From NCBI RefSeq assembly GCF_009834535.1, contig NC_045698.1, positions 1-64,000 of the forward strand: a DNA stretch of 64,000 bases. Direction: 5' to 3'. This DNA is from Camelus ferus. Taxonomy: Eukaryota. The notes under the pieces are model-generated. The model did no database searches, was not told where the DNA came from, and saw only the letters and a program-made list of their open reading frames with translations. Shown one piece after another: positions 13,011 through 24,964 of the stretch; the stretch's first letter is position 1, and every line of letters starts with the position of its first letter. A program made the translations under genes and the position numbers.

Positions 13011-14870
13011 GGAGACACTCGGTGAAGACAAGCGGAGGGCTCCTAGGAGATCCCAGGCGCTGTAGACCGAGGGCGGAACCTCGCCACACACAGAATTCCA
13101 GAACGCGGCCGAGTGGTTGTGGGAGGTTTGGGGCCGCCCTCCACGAAGCTGCCTGGTGTCACAGGTGTTCCCTGGCAGGGGGAAGTCCGCTAAATACCTC
13201 ATCTGTCCAGGGGGAGGCACAAGATGCTACCGGCATTTCCAGCCCAACCCCCGGTTTCACCGGCAGCCCGCACTAGGAGACCCTCGGGGAAGACACGCGG
13301 AGGGCTCCTAGGAGATACCAGGCGCTACAGACCGAGGAAGGAACCTCGTCACACACAGAATTCCGGAACGCGGCCGAGTGGGTGTGGGAGGTTTGGGGCC
13401 TCCCTCCACAAAGCTGTCTGGTCTCACAGATGTTCCCTGGCAGGGGGAAGTCCGCTAATTACCTCATCAGTCCAGGGGAATCACTAGATGCTACCTGCAT
13501 TTCCAGTCCAACCCCCGCCTTTCACCGGCAACACGCACTAAAAGACACTCGGTGAAGACAAGCAGAGGGCTCCTAGGAGATTCCAGGCGCTGCAGACAGA
13601 GGACGGAACCTCGCCAAACTCAGAATTCCGGAACGCTGCCGAATGTGTGGGGGAGGTTTGGGGCCGCCCTCCACGCAGCTGCCTTGTGTTTCAGGTGTTC
13701 CCTGGCAGGGGGAAGTCCGCTAATTACCTCATCTGTCCAGGGGGAGGCACTAGATGCTACCTGCATTTCCAGCCCAACCCCTGCCTTTCCCCGGCAGCCC
13801 GCACTAGGAGACACTCGGGGAAGACACGCTGATGGCTCCTAGGAGATCCCAGGCGCTGCAGACCGAGGACGGAACCTCGCCACACTCAGAATTCCGGAAC
13901 GCGGACGAGTGTGTGGGGGAGGTTTGGGGCCGTCCTCCACGAAGCTGCCTGGTGTCACAGGTGTTCCCTGGCAGGGGGAATTCTGCTAATGACCTCATCT
14001 GTCCCGGGCTAGGCACTAGATGCTACCAGAATTTCCAGCCCAACCACCGACTTTCCCCGGCAGCCCGGACAAGGAGACACTCGGGGAAGACACGCGGAGG
14101 GCTCCAAGGCGATCCCAGGTGCTGCAGAAAGAGGATGGAACCTCGATACACTCAGAATTCCGGAACTCGGCCAAGTGGTTCGGGGAGGTTTAGGGCCATC
14201 CTCCATGCAGCTGCCTGGTATCACAGGTGTTCCCTTGCAGGGGGAAGTCCGCTAATTACCTCAACTCTCCAGGGAGAGGCACTAGATGCTACCTGCCTTT
14301 CCAGCCCAAACCCAGCATTTCCCAGGCAGCCCGCAATAGGAGACAATCGGGGAAGACACGCGGAGGGCTCCTAGGTGATCCCAGGTGCTGCAGACAGAGG
14401 ATGGAACCTCGCCACACTCAGAATTCCGAAACGCGCCCGAGTGTGTGGGGGAGTTTTGGGGTCGCCCTCCACAAAGCTGTCTGGTCTGACAGATGTTCCC
14501 TGGCAGGGGGAAGTCCGCTAATTACCTCATCAGTCCAGGGGAATCACTAGATGCTACCTGCATTTCCAGCCCAACCCCCGCCTTTCACCGGCAACACGCA
14601 CTAAAAGACACTCGGTGAAGACAAGCAGAGGGCTCCTAGGAGATCCCAGGCGCTGCAGACAGAGGACGGAACCTCGCCAAACTCAGAATTCCGGAACGCT
14701 GCCGAATGTGTGGGGGAGGTTTGGGGCCGCCCTCCACGCAGCTGCCTGGTGTCACAGGTGTTCCCTGGCAGGGGGAATTCCGCTAATGACCACATCTGTC
14801 CAGGGCGAGGCACTAGATGCTACCTGCATTTCCAGCCCAACCCCCGCCTTTCCCCAGCAGCCCGCACTAA
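11151..14870 (+). repeat. 7-monomer HOR variant (1859 bp), two tandem copies; equals the 12-mer minus five monomers
   Basis: Offset 1859 at 11149/13008, 11693/13552, 11973/13832 and 12756/14615. Marker GCTCCAAGGCG at 12242 and 14101. Confidence 0.92.
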
Positions 14871-15859
14871 GAGATACTCGGGGAAGACAGGCGGAGGGCT
14901 TCTAGGAGATCCCAGGCGCTGCAGACAGAGGACGGAACCTCGCAACACTGAGATTTCCGGAACGGGCCCGAGAGGGTGGGGGAAGTTTGGGGCCGCCCAC
15001 CACGCAGCCGCCTGTTGTCACAAGTGTTCCCTGGCAAGGGGAAGTCCGCTAATTACCACATCTGTCCAGGGCGAGGCACTAGTTGCTACCTGCATTTCCA
15101 GAACAACCCCCACATTTCCCCGGCAGCCCGCACTATGTGACCCTCGGGGAATACACGCGGAGGGTTCCTAGTGATCCCAGGCGCTGCAGACAGAGGACGG
15201 AACCTCGCCACACTCAGAATTACGGAACGAGGCCGAGTGGTTGGGGGAGGTTTGGGGCCGCCCTCCACGCAGCTGCCTGTTGTCACAGGTGTTCCCTGGC
15301 AGTGGGAAATCCGCTAATTACCTCATCTGTCCAGGGGGAGGCACTAGATGCTACCTGCATTTCCAGCCCATCCCCCGCCTTTCACCGGCAGCCCGCAGTA
15401 GGAGACACTCGGTGAAGACAAGCGGAGGGCTCCTAGGAGATCCCAGGCGCTGTAGACCGAGGACGGAACCTCGCCACACACAGAATTCCAGAACGCGGCC
15501 GAGAGGTTGTGGGAGGCTTGGGGCCGACCTCCACGAAGCTGCCTGGTGTCACAGGTGTTCCCTGGCAGGGGGAATTCCGCTAATGACCACATCTGTCTAG
15601 GGCGAGGCACTAGATGCTACCTGCATTTCCAGTCCAACCCCCGCCTGTCCCCAGCAGCCCGCACTAGGAGACACCCGGGGAAGACACGCGGAGGACTTCC
15701 AGGAGATCCCAGGCGCTGCAGACAGAGGACGGAACCTCGCAACACTGAGATTTCCGGAACGCGCCCGAGAGGGTGGGGGAAGTTTGGGGCCGCCCACCAC
15801 GCAGCTGCCTGTTGTCACAAGTGTTCCCTGGCAGGGGGAATTCCGCTAATGACCTCATC

Positions 15860-18800
15860 TGTCCAGGGGGATGCACTAGATGCTACCAGCATTTCCAGCC
15901 ATACCACCGCATTTCCCCGGCAGCCCGCACTAGGAGACACTCGGCGAAGACACGCGGAAGGCTCCTAGGAGATCCGAGGCGCTGCAGACAGAGGACGGAT
16001 CCTCGCAACACTCAGAAATCCGGAACGAGGCCGAGTGGTTGGGGGAGGTTTGGGGACGCCCTCCAAGCAGCTGCCTGGTGTCACAGGTGTTCCCTGGCAG
16101 GGGGAAGTCCGCTAATTACCACATCTGTCCAGGGAGAGGCACTAGTTGCTACCTGCATTTTTAGCCCAACCCCCGCCTTTCCCCAGCAGCCCGCACTAGG
16201 AGATACTCGGGAAAGACACGCGGATGGCTCCTAGGAGATCCCATGCGCTGCAGACAGCGGATGGAACCTCGCCACACTCAGAATTCTGAAACAAAGCCGA
16301 GTGTGAGGGGGAGGTTTGGGGCCGCTCTCCACGCAGCTGCCTGGTGTCACAGGTGTTCCGTGGCAGGGGGAATTCCGCTAATTACCTCATCTGTCCAGGG
16401 GAAGGCACTAGATGCTACCTGAATTTCCAGCCCAACCCCCGCCTTTCCCCGGCAGCATGAAATAGGAGAGACTCGGGGAAGACAACCGGAAGGCTCCGAG
16501 GAGATCCCAGGCGCTGCAGACAGAGGACGGAACCTCGCAACACTGAGATTTCCGGAACGCGCCCGAGAGGGTGGGGGAAGTTTGGGGCCGCCCACCACGC
16601 AGCTGCCTGTTGTCACAAGTGTTCCCTGGCAGGGGGAATTCCGCTAATGACCTCATCTGCCCAGGGGGATGCACTAGATGCTACCAGCATTTCCAGCCAT
16701 ACCACCGCATTTCCCCGGCAGCCCGCACTAGGAGACACTCGGCGAAGACACGAGGAAGGCTCCTAGGAGATCCGAGGCGCTGCAGACAGAGGACGGATCC
16801 TCGCAACACTCAGAAATCCGGAACGAGGCCGAGTGGTTGGGGGAGGTTTGGGGACACCCTCCACGCAGCTGCCTGGTGTCACAGGTGTTCCCTGGCAGGG
16901 GGAATTCCGCTAATTACCTCTACCCTCCAGGGAGAGGCACTTGATGCTACCTGCATTTCCAGCCCAACCCCCGCCTTTCCCCGGCAGCCCGCACTAAGAG
17001 ACACTCGGGGAAGACACGCGGAGGGCTCCTAGGAGATCCCAGGTGCTGCAGACTGAGGACGGAACCTCGCCACACTCAGAATTACGGAACTAGGCCGAGT
17101 GGTTGGGGGAGGTTTGGGGCCGCCCTCCACGCAGCTGCCTGTTGTCACAGGTGTTCCCTGGCAGGGGGAAGTCTGCTAAATACCTCATCTGTCCAGGGGG
17201 AGGCACTAGATGCTACCGGCATTTCCAGCCCAACCCCCGATTTAACCGGCAGCCCGCACTAGGAGACCCTCGGGGAAGACACGCGGAGGGCTCCTAGGAG
17301 ATTCCAGGCGCTGCAGACCGAGGAAGGAACCTCGTCACACACAGAATTCTGAAACAAAACCGAGTGCGAGGGGGAGGTTTGGGGCCGCTCTCCACGCAGC
17401 TGCCTTGTGTTTCAGGTGTTCCCTGGCAGGGGGAATTCCGCTAATTACCTCATCTGTCCAGGGGGAGGCACTAGATGCTACCTGCATTTCCAGCACAACC
17501 CCTGCCTTTCCCCGGCAGCCCGCACTAGGAGACACTCGGGGAAGACACGCTGATGGCTCCTAGGAGATCCCAGGCGCTGCAGACCGAGGACGGAACCTCG
17601 CCACACTCAGAATTCCGGAACGCGGACGAGTGTGTGGGGGAGGTTTGGGGCCGTCCTCCACGAAGCTGCCTGGTGTCACAGGTGTTCCCTGGCAGGGGGA
17701 ATTCTGCTAATGACCTCATCTGTCCCGGGCTAGGCACTAGATGCTACCAGAATTTCCAGCCCAACCACCGACTTTCCCCGGCAGCCCGGAAAAGGAGACA
17801 CTCGGGGAAGACACGCGGAGGGCTCCAAGGCGATCCCAGGTGCTGCAGACAGAGGATGGAACCTCGATACACTCAGAATTCCGGAACTCGGCCGAGTGGT
17901 TCGGGGAGGTTTAGGGCCATCCTCCATGCAGCTGCCTGGTATCACAGGTGTTCCCTTGCAGGGGGAAGTCCGCTAATTACCTCAACTCTCCAGGGAGAGG
18001 CACTAGATGCTACCTGCCTTTCCAGCCCAAACCCAGCATTTCCCAGGCAGCCCGCAATAGGAGACAATCGGGGAAGACACGCGGAGGGCTCCTAGGTGAT
18101 CCCAGGTGCTGCAGACAGAGGATGGAACCTCGCCACACTCAGAATTCCGAAACGCGCCCGAGTGTGTGGGGGAGTTTTGGGGTCGCCCTCCACAAAGCTG
18201 TCTGGTCTGACAGATGTTCCCTGGCAGGGGGAAGTCCGCTAATTACCTCATCAGTCCAGGGGAATCACTAGATGCTACCTGCATTTCCAGCCCAACCCCC
18301 GCCTTTCACCGGCAACACGCACTAAAAGACACTCGGTGAAGACAAGCAGAGGGCTCCTAGGAGATCCCAGGCGCTGCAGACAGAGGACGGAACCTCGCCA
18401 AACTCAGAATTCCGGAACGCTGCCGAATGTGTGGGGGAGGTTTGGGGCCGCCCTCCACGCAGCTGCCTGGTGTCACAGGTGTTCCCTGGCAGGGGGAATT
18501 CCGCTAATGACCTCATCTGTCCAGGGGGAGGCACTAGATTCTACCTGCATTTCCAGCCCAACCCCCGCCTTTCCCCAGCAGCCCGCACTAGGAGACACTC
18601 GGGGAAGACACGCGGAGGGCTTCTAGGAGATCCCAGGCGCTGCAGACAGAAGACGGAACCTCGCAACATTGAGATTTCCGGAACGCGCCCGAGAGGGTTG
18701 GGGAGTTTTGGGGCCGCCCACCACGCAGCTGCCTCGTGTCACAAGTGTTCCCTGGCTGGGGGAAGTCCGCTAATTACCACATCTGTCCAGGGGGAGGCAC

Positions 18801-21800
18801 TAGTTGCTACCTGCATTTCCAGAACAACCCCCACATTTCCCCGGCAGCCCGCAATATGTGACCCTCGCGGAAGACACGCGGAGGGCTCCTAGTGATCCCA
18901 AGCGCTGCAGACAGAGGACGGATCCTCGCCAACCTCAGAATTCAGGAATGCGGCCGAGTGGGTAGGGGAGGTTTACGGCCGCCCTCCACGCAGCTGCCTG
19001 GTGTCACAGGTGTTCCCTGGCAGGGGGAAGTCCGCTAATGACCTCATCTGTCCAGGGGGATGCACTAGATGCTACCAGCATTTCCAGCCCTACCACCGCA
19101 TTTCCCCGGCAGCCTGCAATAGGAGACACTCGGCGAAGACCCGCGGAAGGCTCCTAGGAGATCCCATGCGCTGCAGACAGCGGATGGAACCTCGCGACAC
19201 TCCGAATTCTGAAACAAAGCCGACTGTGAGGGGGAGGTTTGGGGCCGCTCTCCACGCAGCTGCCTGGTGTCACAGGTGTTCCGTGGCAGGGGGAAGTCCG
19301 CTAATTACCTCTTCTGTCCAGGGGTATGCACTAGATGCTACCTGAATTTCCAGCCCAACCCCCGCCTTTCCCCGGCAGAATGAAATAGGAGAGACTCGGG
19401 GAAGACAACCGGAGGGCTCCTAGGAGATCCCAGGCGCTGCAGACAGAGGACGGAACCTCGCCACAATCAGAATTCCAGAACGCGGCCGAGTGGTTGTGGG
19501 AGGTTTGGGGCCGCCCTCCATGAAGCTGCCTGGTGTCACTGGTGTTCCCTGGCAGGGGGAATTCCGCTAATTACCTCATCTGTCCAGGGGGAGGCACTAG
19601 ATGCTACCTGTATTTCCAGCCCAACCCCTGGTTTTCCCCGGCAGGCCGCACTAGGAGACCCTCGGGGAAGACACGCGGAGGGCTCCTAGTGATCCCAGGC
19701 GCTGCAGACAGAGGACGGAACCTCGCCACACTCAGAATTACGGAATGCGTCCGAGTGGGTGTGGGAGGTTTGGGGCCTCCCTCCACAAAGCTGTCTGGTC
19801 TCACAGATGTTCCCTGGCAGGGGGAAGTCCGCTAATTACCTCATCAGTCCAGGGGAATCACTAGATGCTACCTGCATTTCCAGTCCAACCCCCGCCTTTC
19901 ACCGGCAACACGCACTAAAAGACACTCGGTGAAGACAAACAGAGGGCTCCTAGGAGATTCCAGGCGCTGCAGACAGAGGACGGAACCTCGCCAAACTCAG
20001 AATTCCGGAACGCTGCCGAATGTGTGGGGGAGGTTTGGGGCCGCCCTCCACGCAGCTGCCTTGTGTTTCAGGTGTTCCCTGGCAGGGGGAAGTCCGCTAA
20101 TTACCTCATCTGTCCAGGGGGAGGCACTAGATGCTACCTGCATTTCCAGCCCAACCCCTGCCTTTCCCCCGCAGCCCGCACTAGGAGACACTCGGGGAAG
20201 ACAAGCTGATGGCTCCTAGGAGATCCCAGGCGCTGCAGACCGAGGACGGAACCTCGCCACACTCAGAATTCCGGAACGCGGACGAGTGTGTGGTGGAGGT
20301 TTGGGGCCGTCCTCCACGAAGCTGCCTGGTGTCACAGGTGTTCCCTGGCAGGGGGAATTCTGCTAATTACCTCATCTGTCCAGGGGGATGCACTAGATGC
20401 TACCAGCATTTCCAGCCATACCACCGCATTTCCCCGGCAGCCCGCACTAGGAGACACTCGGCGAAGACACGCGGAAGGCTCCTAGGAGATCCGAGGCGCT
20501 GCAGACAGAGGACGGATCCTCGCAACACTCAGAAATCCGGAACGAGGCCGAGTGGTTGGGGGAGGTTTGGGGACGCCCTCCAAGCAGCTGCCTGGTGTCA
20601 CAGGTGTTCCGTGGCAGGGGGAAGTCCGCTAATTACCACATCTGTCCAGGGAGAGGCACTAGTTGCTACCTGCATTTTTAGCCCAACCCCCGCCTTTCCC
20701 CAGCAGCCCGCACTAGGAGATACTCGGGAAAGACACGCGGATGGCTCCTAGGAGATCCCATGCGCTGCAGACAGCGGATGGAACCTCGCCACACTCAGAA
20801 TTCTGAAACAAAGCCGAGTGTGAGGGGGAGGTTTGGGGCCGCTCTCCACACAGCTGCCTGGTGTCACAGGTGTTCCGTGGCAGGGGGAATTCCGCTAATT
20901 ACCTCATCTGTCCAGGGGAAGGCACTAGATGCTACCTGAATTTCCAGCCCAACCCCCGCCTTTCCCCGGCAGCATGAAATAGGAGAGACTCGGGGAAGAC
21001 AACCGGAAGGCTCCGAGGAGATCCCAGGCGCTGCAGACAGAGGACGGAACCTCGCAACACTGAGATTTCCGGAACGCGCCCGAGAGGGTGGGGGAAGTTT
21101 GGGGCCGCCCACCACGCAGCTGCCTGTTGTCACAAGTGTTCCCTGGCAGGGGGAATTCCGCTAATGACCTCATCTGCCCAGGGGGATGCACTAGATGCTA
21201 CCAGCATTTCCAGCCATACCACCGCATTTCCCCGGCAGCCCGCACTAGGAGACACTCGGCGAAGACACGAGGAAGGCTCCTAGGAGATCCGAGGCGCTGC
21301 AGACAGAGGACGGATCCTCGCAACACTCAGAAATCCGGAACGAGGCCGAGTGGTTGGGGGAGGTTTGGGGACACCCTCCACGCAGCTGCCTGGTGTCACA
21401 GGTGTTCCCTGGCAGGGGGAATTCCGCTAATTACCTCTACCCTCCAGGGAGAGGCACTTGATGCTACCTGCATTTCCAGCCCAACCCCCGCCTTTCCCCG
21501 GCAGCCCGCACTAAGAGACACTCGGGGAAGACACGCGGAGGGCTCCTAGGAGATCCCAGGTGCTGCAGACTGAGGACGGAACCTCGCCACACTCAGAATT
21601 ACGGAACTAGGCCGAGTGGTTGGGGGAGGTTTGGGGCCGCCCTCCACGCAGCTGCCTGTTGTCACAGGTGTTCCCTGGCAGGGGGAAGTCTTCTAAATAC
21701 CTCATCTGTCCAGGGGGAGGCACTAAATGCTACCGGCATTTCCAGCCCAACCCCCGGTTTAACCGGCAGCCCGCACTAGGAGACCCTCGGGGAAGACACG

Positions 21801-21921
21801 CGGAGGGCTCCTAGGAGATTCCAGGCGCTGCAGACCGAGGAAGGAACCTCGTCACACACAGAATTCTGAAACAAAACCGAGTGCGAGGGGGAGGTTTGGG
21901 GCCGCTCTCCACGCAGCTGCC
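15860..21921 (+). repeat. Dispersed ~1.55-kb block duplication (15860-17404 = 20377-21921; offset 4517 bp = 17 monomers)
   Basis: Identical or near-identical translations 16347/20864, 16408/20925, 16571/21088 and 17103/21620. Shared rare variants GGCTCCGAGG, GGACACCCTCC, AACTAGGCC, ACAAAACCGAGTGCGAG. Confidence 0.9.
17527..20184 (+). repeat. 10-monomer HOR variant (2656 bp); equals the 12-mer minus two monomers via a chimeric monomer
   Basis: Same monomer order as 8761-11947, but the equivalent ORF start recurs after 2656 bp (17553/20209). Chimeric junction at ~19751-19756. Confidence 0.85.
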
Positions 21922-24900
21922 TGGTGTCACAGGTGTTCCGTGGTAGGGGGAAGTCCGCTAATTACCTCATCTGTCCACGGGTAGGCACTAGATGCTACCA
22001 GAATTTCCAGCCCATCCCCCGCCTTTCCCCGGCAGCATGAAATAGGAGAGACTCGGGGAAGACAACCGGAGGGCTCCTAGTGATCCCAGGCGCTGCAGAC
22101 CGAGGACGGAACCTCGCCTCACTCAGAATTCCGGAATGCGTCCGAGTTGGTTGGGGAGGTTTAGGGCCGCCCTCCAACCAGCTGCCTGGTGTCACAGGTG
22201 TTCCCTGGCAGGGGGAATTCCGCTAATTACCTCATCAGTCCAGGGGAATCGCTAGATGCTACCTGCATTTCCAGCCCAACCCCCGCCTTTCACCGGCAAC
22301 ACGCACTAAAAGACACTCGGTGAAGACAAGCAGAGGGCTCCTAGGAGATCCCAGGCGCTGCAGACAGAGGACGGAACCTCGCCAAACTCAGAATTCCGGA
22401 ACGCTGCCGAATGTGTGGGGGATTTTTGGGGCCGCCTTCCACGCAGCTGCCTGGTGTCACAGGTGTTCCCTGGCAGGGGGAATTCCGCTAATGACCACAT
22501 CTGTCCAGGGCGAGGCACTAGATGCTACCTGCATTTCCAGCCGAACCCCCGCATTTCCCCAGCAGCCCGCACTAGGAGACACTCGGGGAAGACACGCGGA
22601 GGGCTTCTAGGAGATCCCAGGCGCTGCAGACAGAGGACGGAACCTCGCAACACTGAGATTTCCGGAACGGGCCCGAGGGGGTGGGGGAAGTTTGGGGCCG
22701 CCCACCACGCAGCTGCCTGTTGTCACAAGTGTTCCCTGGCACGGGGAAGTCCGCTAATTACCACATCTGTCCAGGGCGAGGCACTAGTTGCTACATGCAT
22801 TTCCAGAACAACCCCCACATTTCCCCGGCAGCCCGCACTATGTGACCCTCGGGGAATACACGCGGAGGGTTCCTAGTGATCCCAGGCACTGCAGACAGAG
22901 GACGGAACCTCGCCACACTCAGAATTCCGGAACGAAGCCGAGTGGTAGGGGGAGGTTTGGGGACGCCCTCCACGCAGCTGCCTGGTGTAACATGTGTTCC
23001 CTCGCAGGGGGAAGTCCGCTAATTACCTCATCTTTCCAGGGGGAGGCACTAGATGCTACCTGCATTTCCAGCCCAACCCCCGCCTTTCCCCAGCAGCCCG
23101 CACTAGGAGACACTCAGGGAAGACACGCGGATGGCTCCTAGGAGATCCCATGCGCTGCAGACAGAGGACGGAACCTCGCCAAACTCAGAATTCCGGAACG
23201 ATGCCGAATGTGTGGGGGAGATTTGGGGCCGCCCTCCACGCAGCTGCCTGGTGTCACAGGTGTTACCTGGCAGGGGGAATTCCGCTAATTACCTCATCTG
23301 TCCAGGGGGAGGCACTAGATGCTACCTGTATTTCCAGCCCAACCCCCGGCTTTCCCCAGCAGCCCGCACTAGGAGACCATCGGGGAAGACACGCGGAGGG
23401 CTCCTAGTGATCCCAGGCGCTGCAGACAGAGGACGGAACCTCGCCTCAATCAGAATTCCGGAATGCGTCCGAGTTGGTGGGGGAGGTTTAGGGCCGCCCT
23501 CCAAGCAGCTGCCTGGTGTCACAGGTGTTCCCTGGCAGGGGGAATTCCGCTAATTACCTCTACTCTCCAGGGGGAAGCACTTGATGCTACCTGCATTTCC
23601 AGCCCAACCCCCGCCTTTCCCCGACAGCCCGCACTAAGAGACACTCGGAGAAGACACGCGGAGTGCTCCTAGGAGATCCCAGGCGCTGCAGACTGAGGTC
23701 GGAACCTCGCCACACTCAGAATTACGGAACGAGGCCGAGTGGTTGGGGGAGGTTTTGTGCCGCCCTCCACGAAGCTTCCTGTTGTCACAGGTGTTCACTG
23801 GCAGTGGGAAATCCGCTAATTACCTCATCTGTCCAGGGGGAGGCACTAGATGCTACCTGCATTTCCAGCCCAACCCCCGGTTTCACCGGCAGCCTGCACT
23901 AGGAGACCCTCGTGGAAGACACGCGGAGGGCTCCTAGGAGATACCAGGCGCTGCAGACCGAGGAAGGAACCTCGTCACACACAGAATTCCGGAACGCGGC
24001 CGAGTGGGTGTGGGAGGTTTGGGGCCTCCCTCCACAAAGCTGTCTGGTCTCACAGATGTTCCCTGGCAGGGGGAAGTCCGCTAATTACCTCATCTGTCCA
24101 GGGGGAGGCACTAGATGCTACCTGCATTTCCAGCCCAATCCCCGCCTTTCCCCAGCAGCTCGCACTAAGAGACACTCGGGGAAGACACGCGGAGGGCTTC
24201 TAGGAGATCCCAGGCGCTGCAGACAGAGGACGGAACCTCGCAACACTGAGATTTCCGGAACGCGCCCGAGAGCGTGGGGGAAGTTTGGGGCCGCCCACCA
24301 CGAAGCTGCCTGTTGTCACAAGTGTTCCCTGGCAGGGGGAAGTCCGCTAATTACCACATCTGTCCAGGGCGAAGTACTAGTTGCTACCTGCATTTCCAGA
24401 ACAAACCCCACATTTCCCCGACAGCCCGCACTATGTGACCCTCGGGGAATACACGCGGAGGGTTCCTAGTGATCCCAGGCGCTGCAGACAGAGGAGGGAT
24501 CCTCGCCAACCTCAGAATTCAGGAATGCGGCCGAGTGGGTAGGGGAGGTTTAGGGCCGCCCTCCACGCAGCTGCCTGGTGTCACATGTATTCCCTGGCAG
24601 GGGGAACTCCGCTAATGACCTCATCTGTCCAGGGGGAGGCACTAGATGCTACCTGCATTTCCAGCCCAACCCCCGCCTTTCCCCAGCAGCCCGCACTAGG
24701 AGAAACTCAGGGAAGACAAGCGGATGGCTCCTAGGAGATCCCATGCGCTGCAGACAGCGGATGGAACCTCGCCACACTCAGAATTCTGAAACAAGGCCGA
24801 GTGTGAGGGGGAGGTTTGGGGCCGCTCTCCACGCACCTGCCTGTTGTCACAGGTGTTCCGTGGCAGGGGGAAGTGCGATAATTACCTCATCTGTCCAGGG

Positions 24901-24964
24901 GGAGGCACTAGATGCTACCTGAATTTCCAGCACAACCCCCGCCTTTCCCTGGCAGCATGAAATA

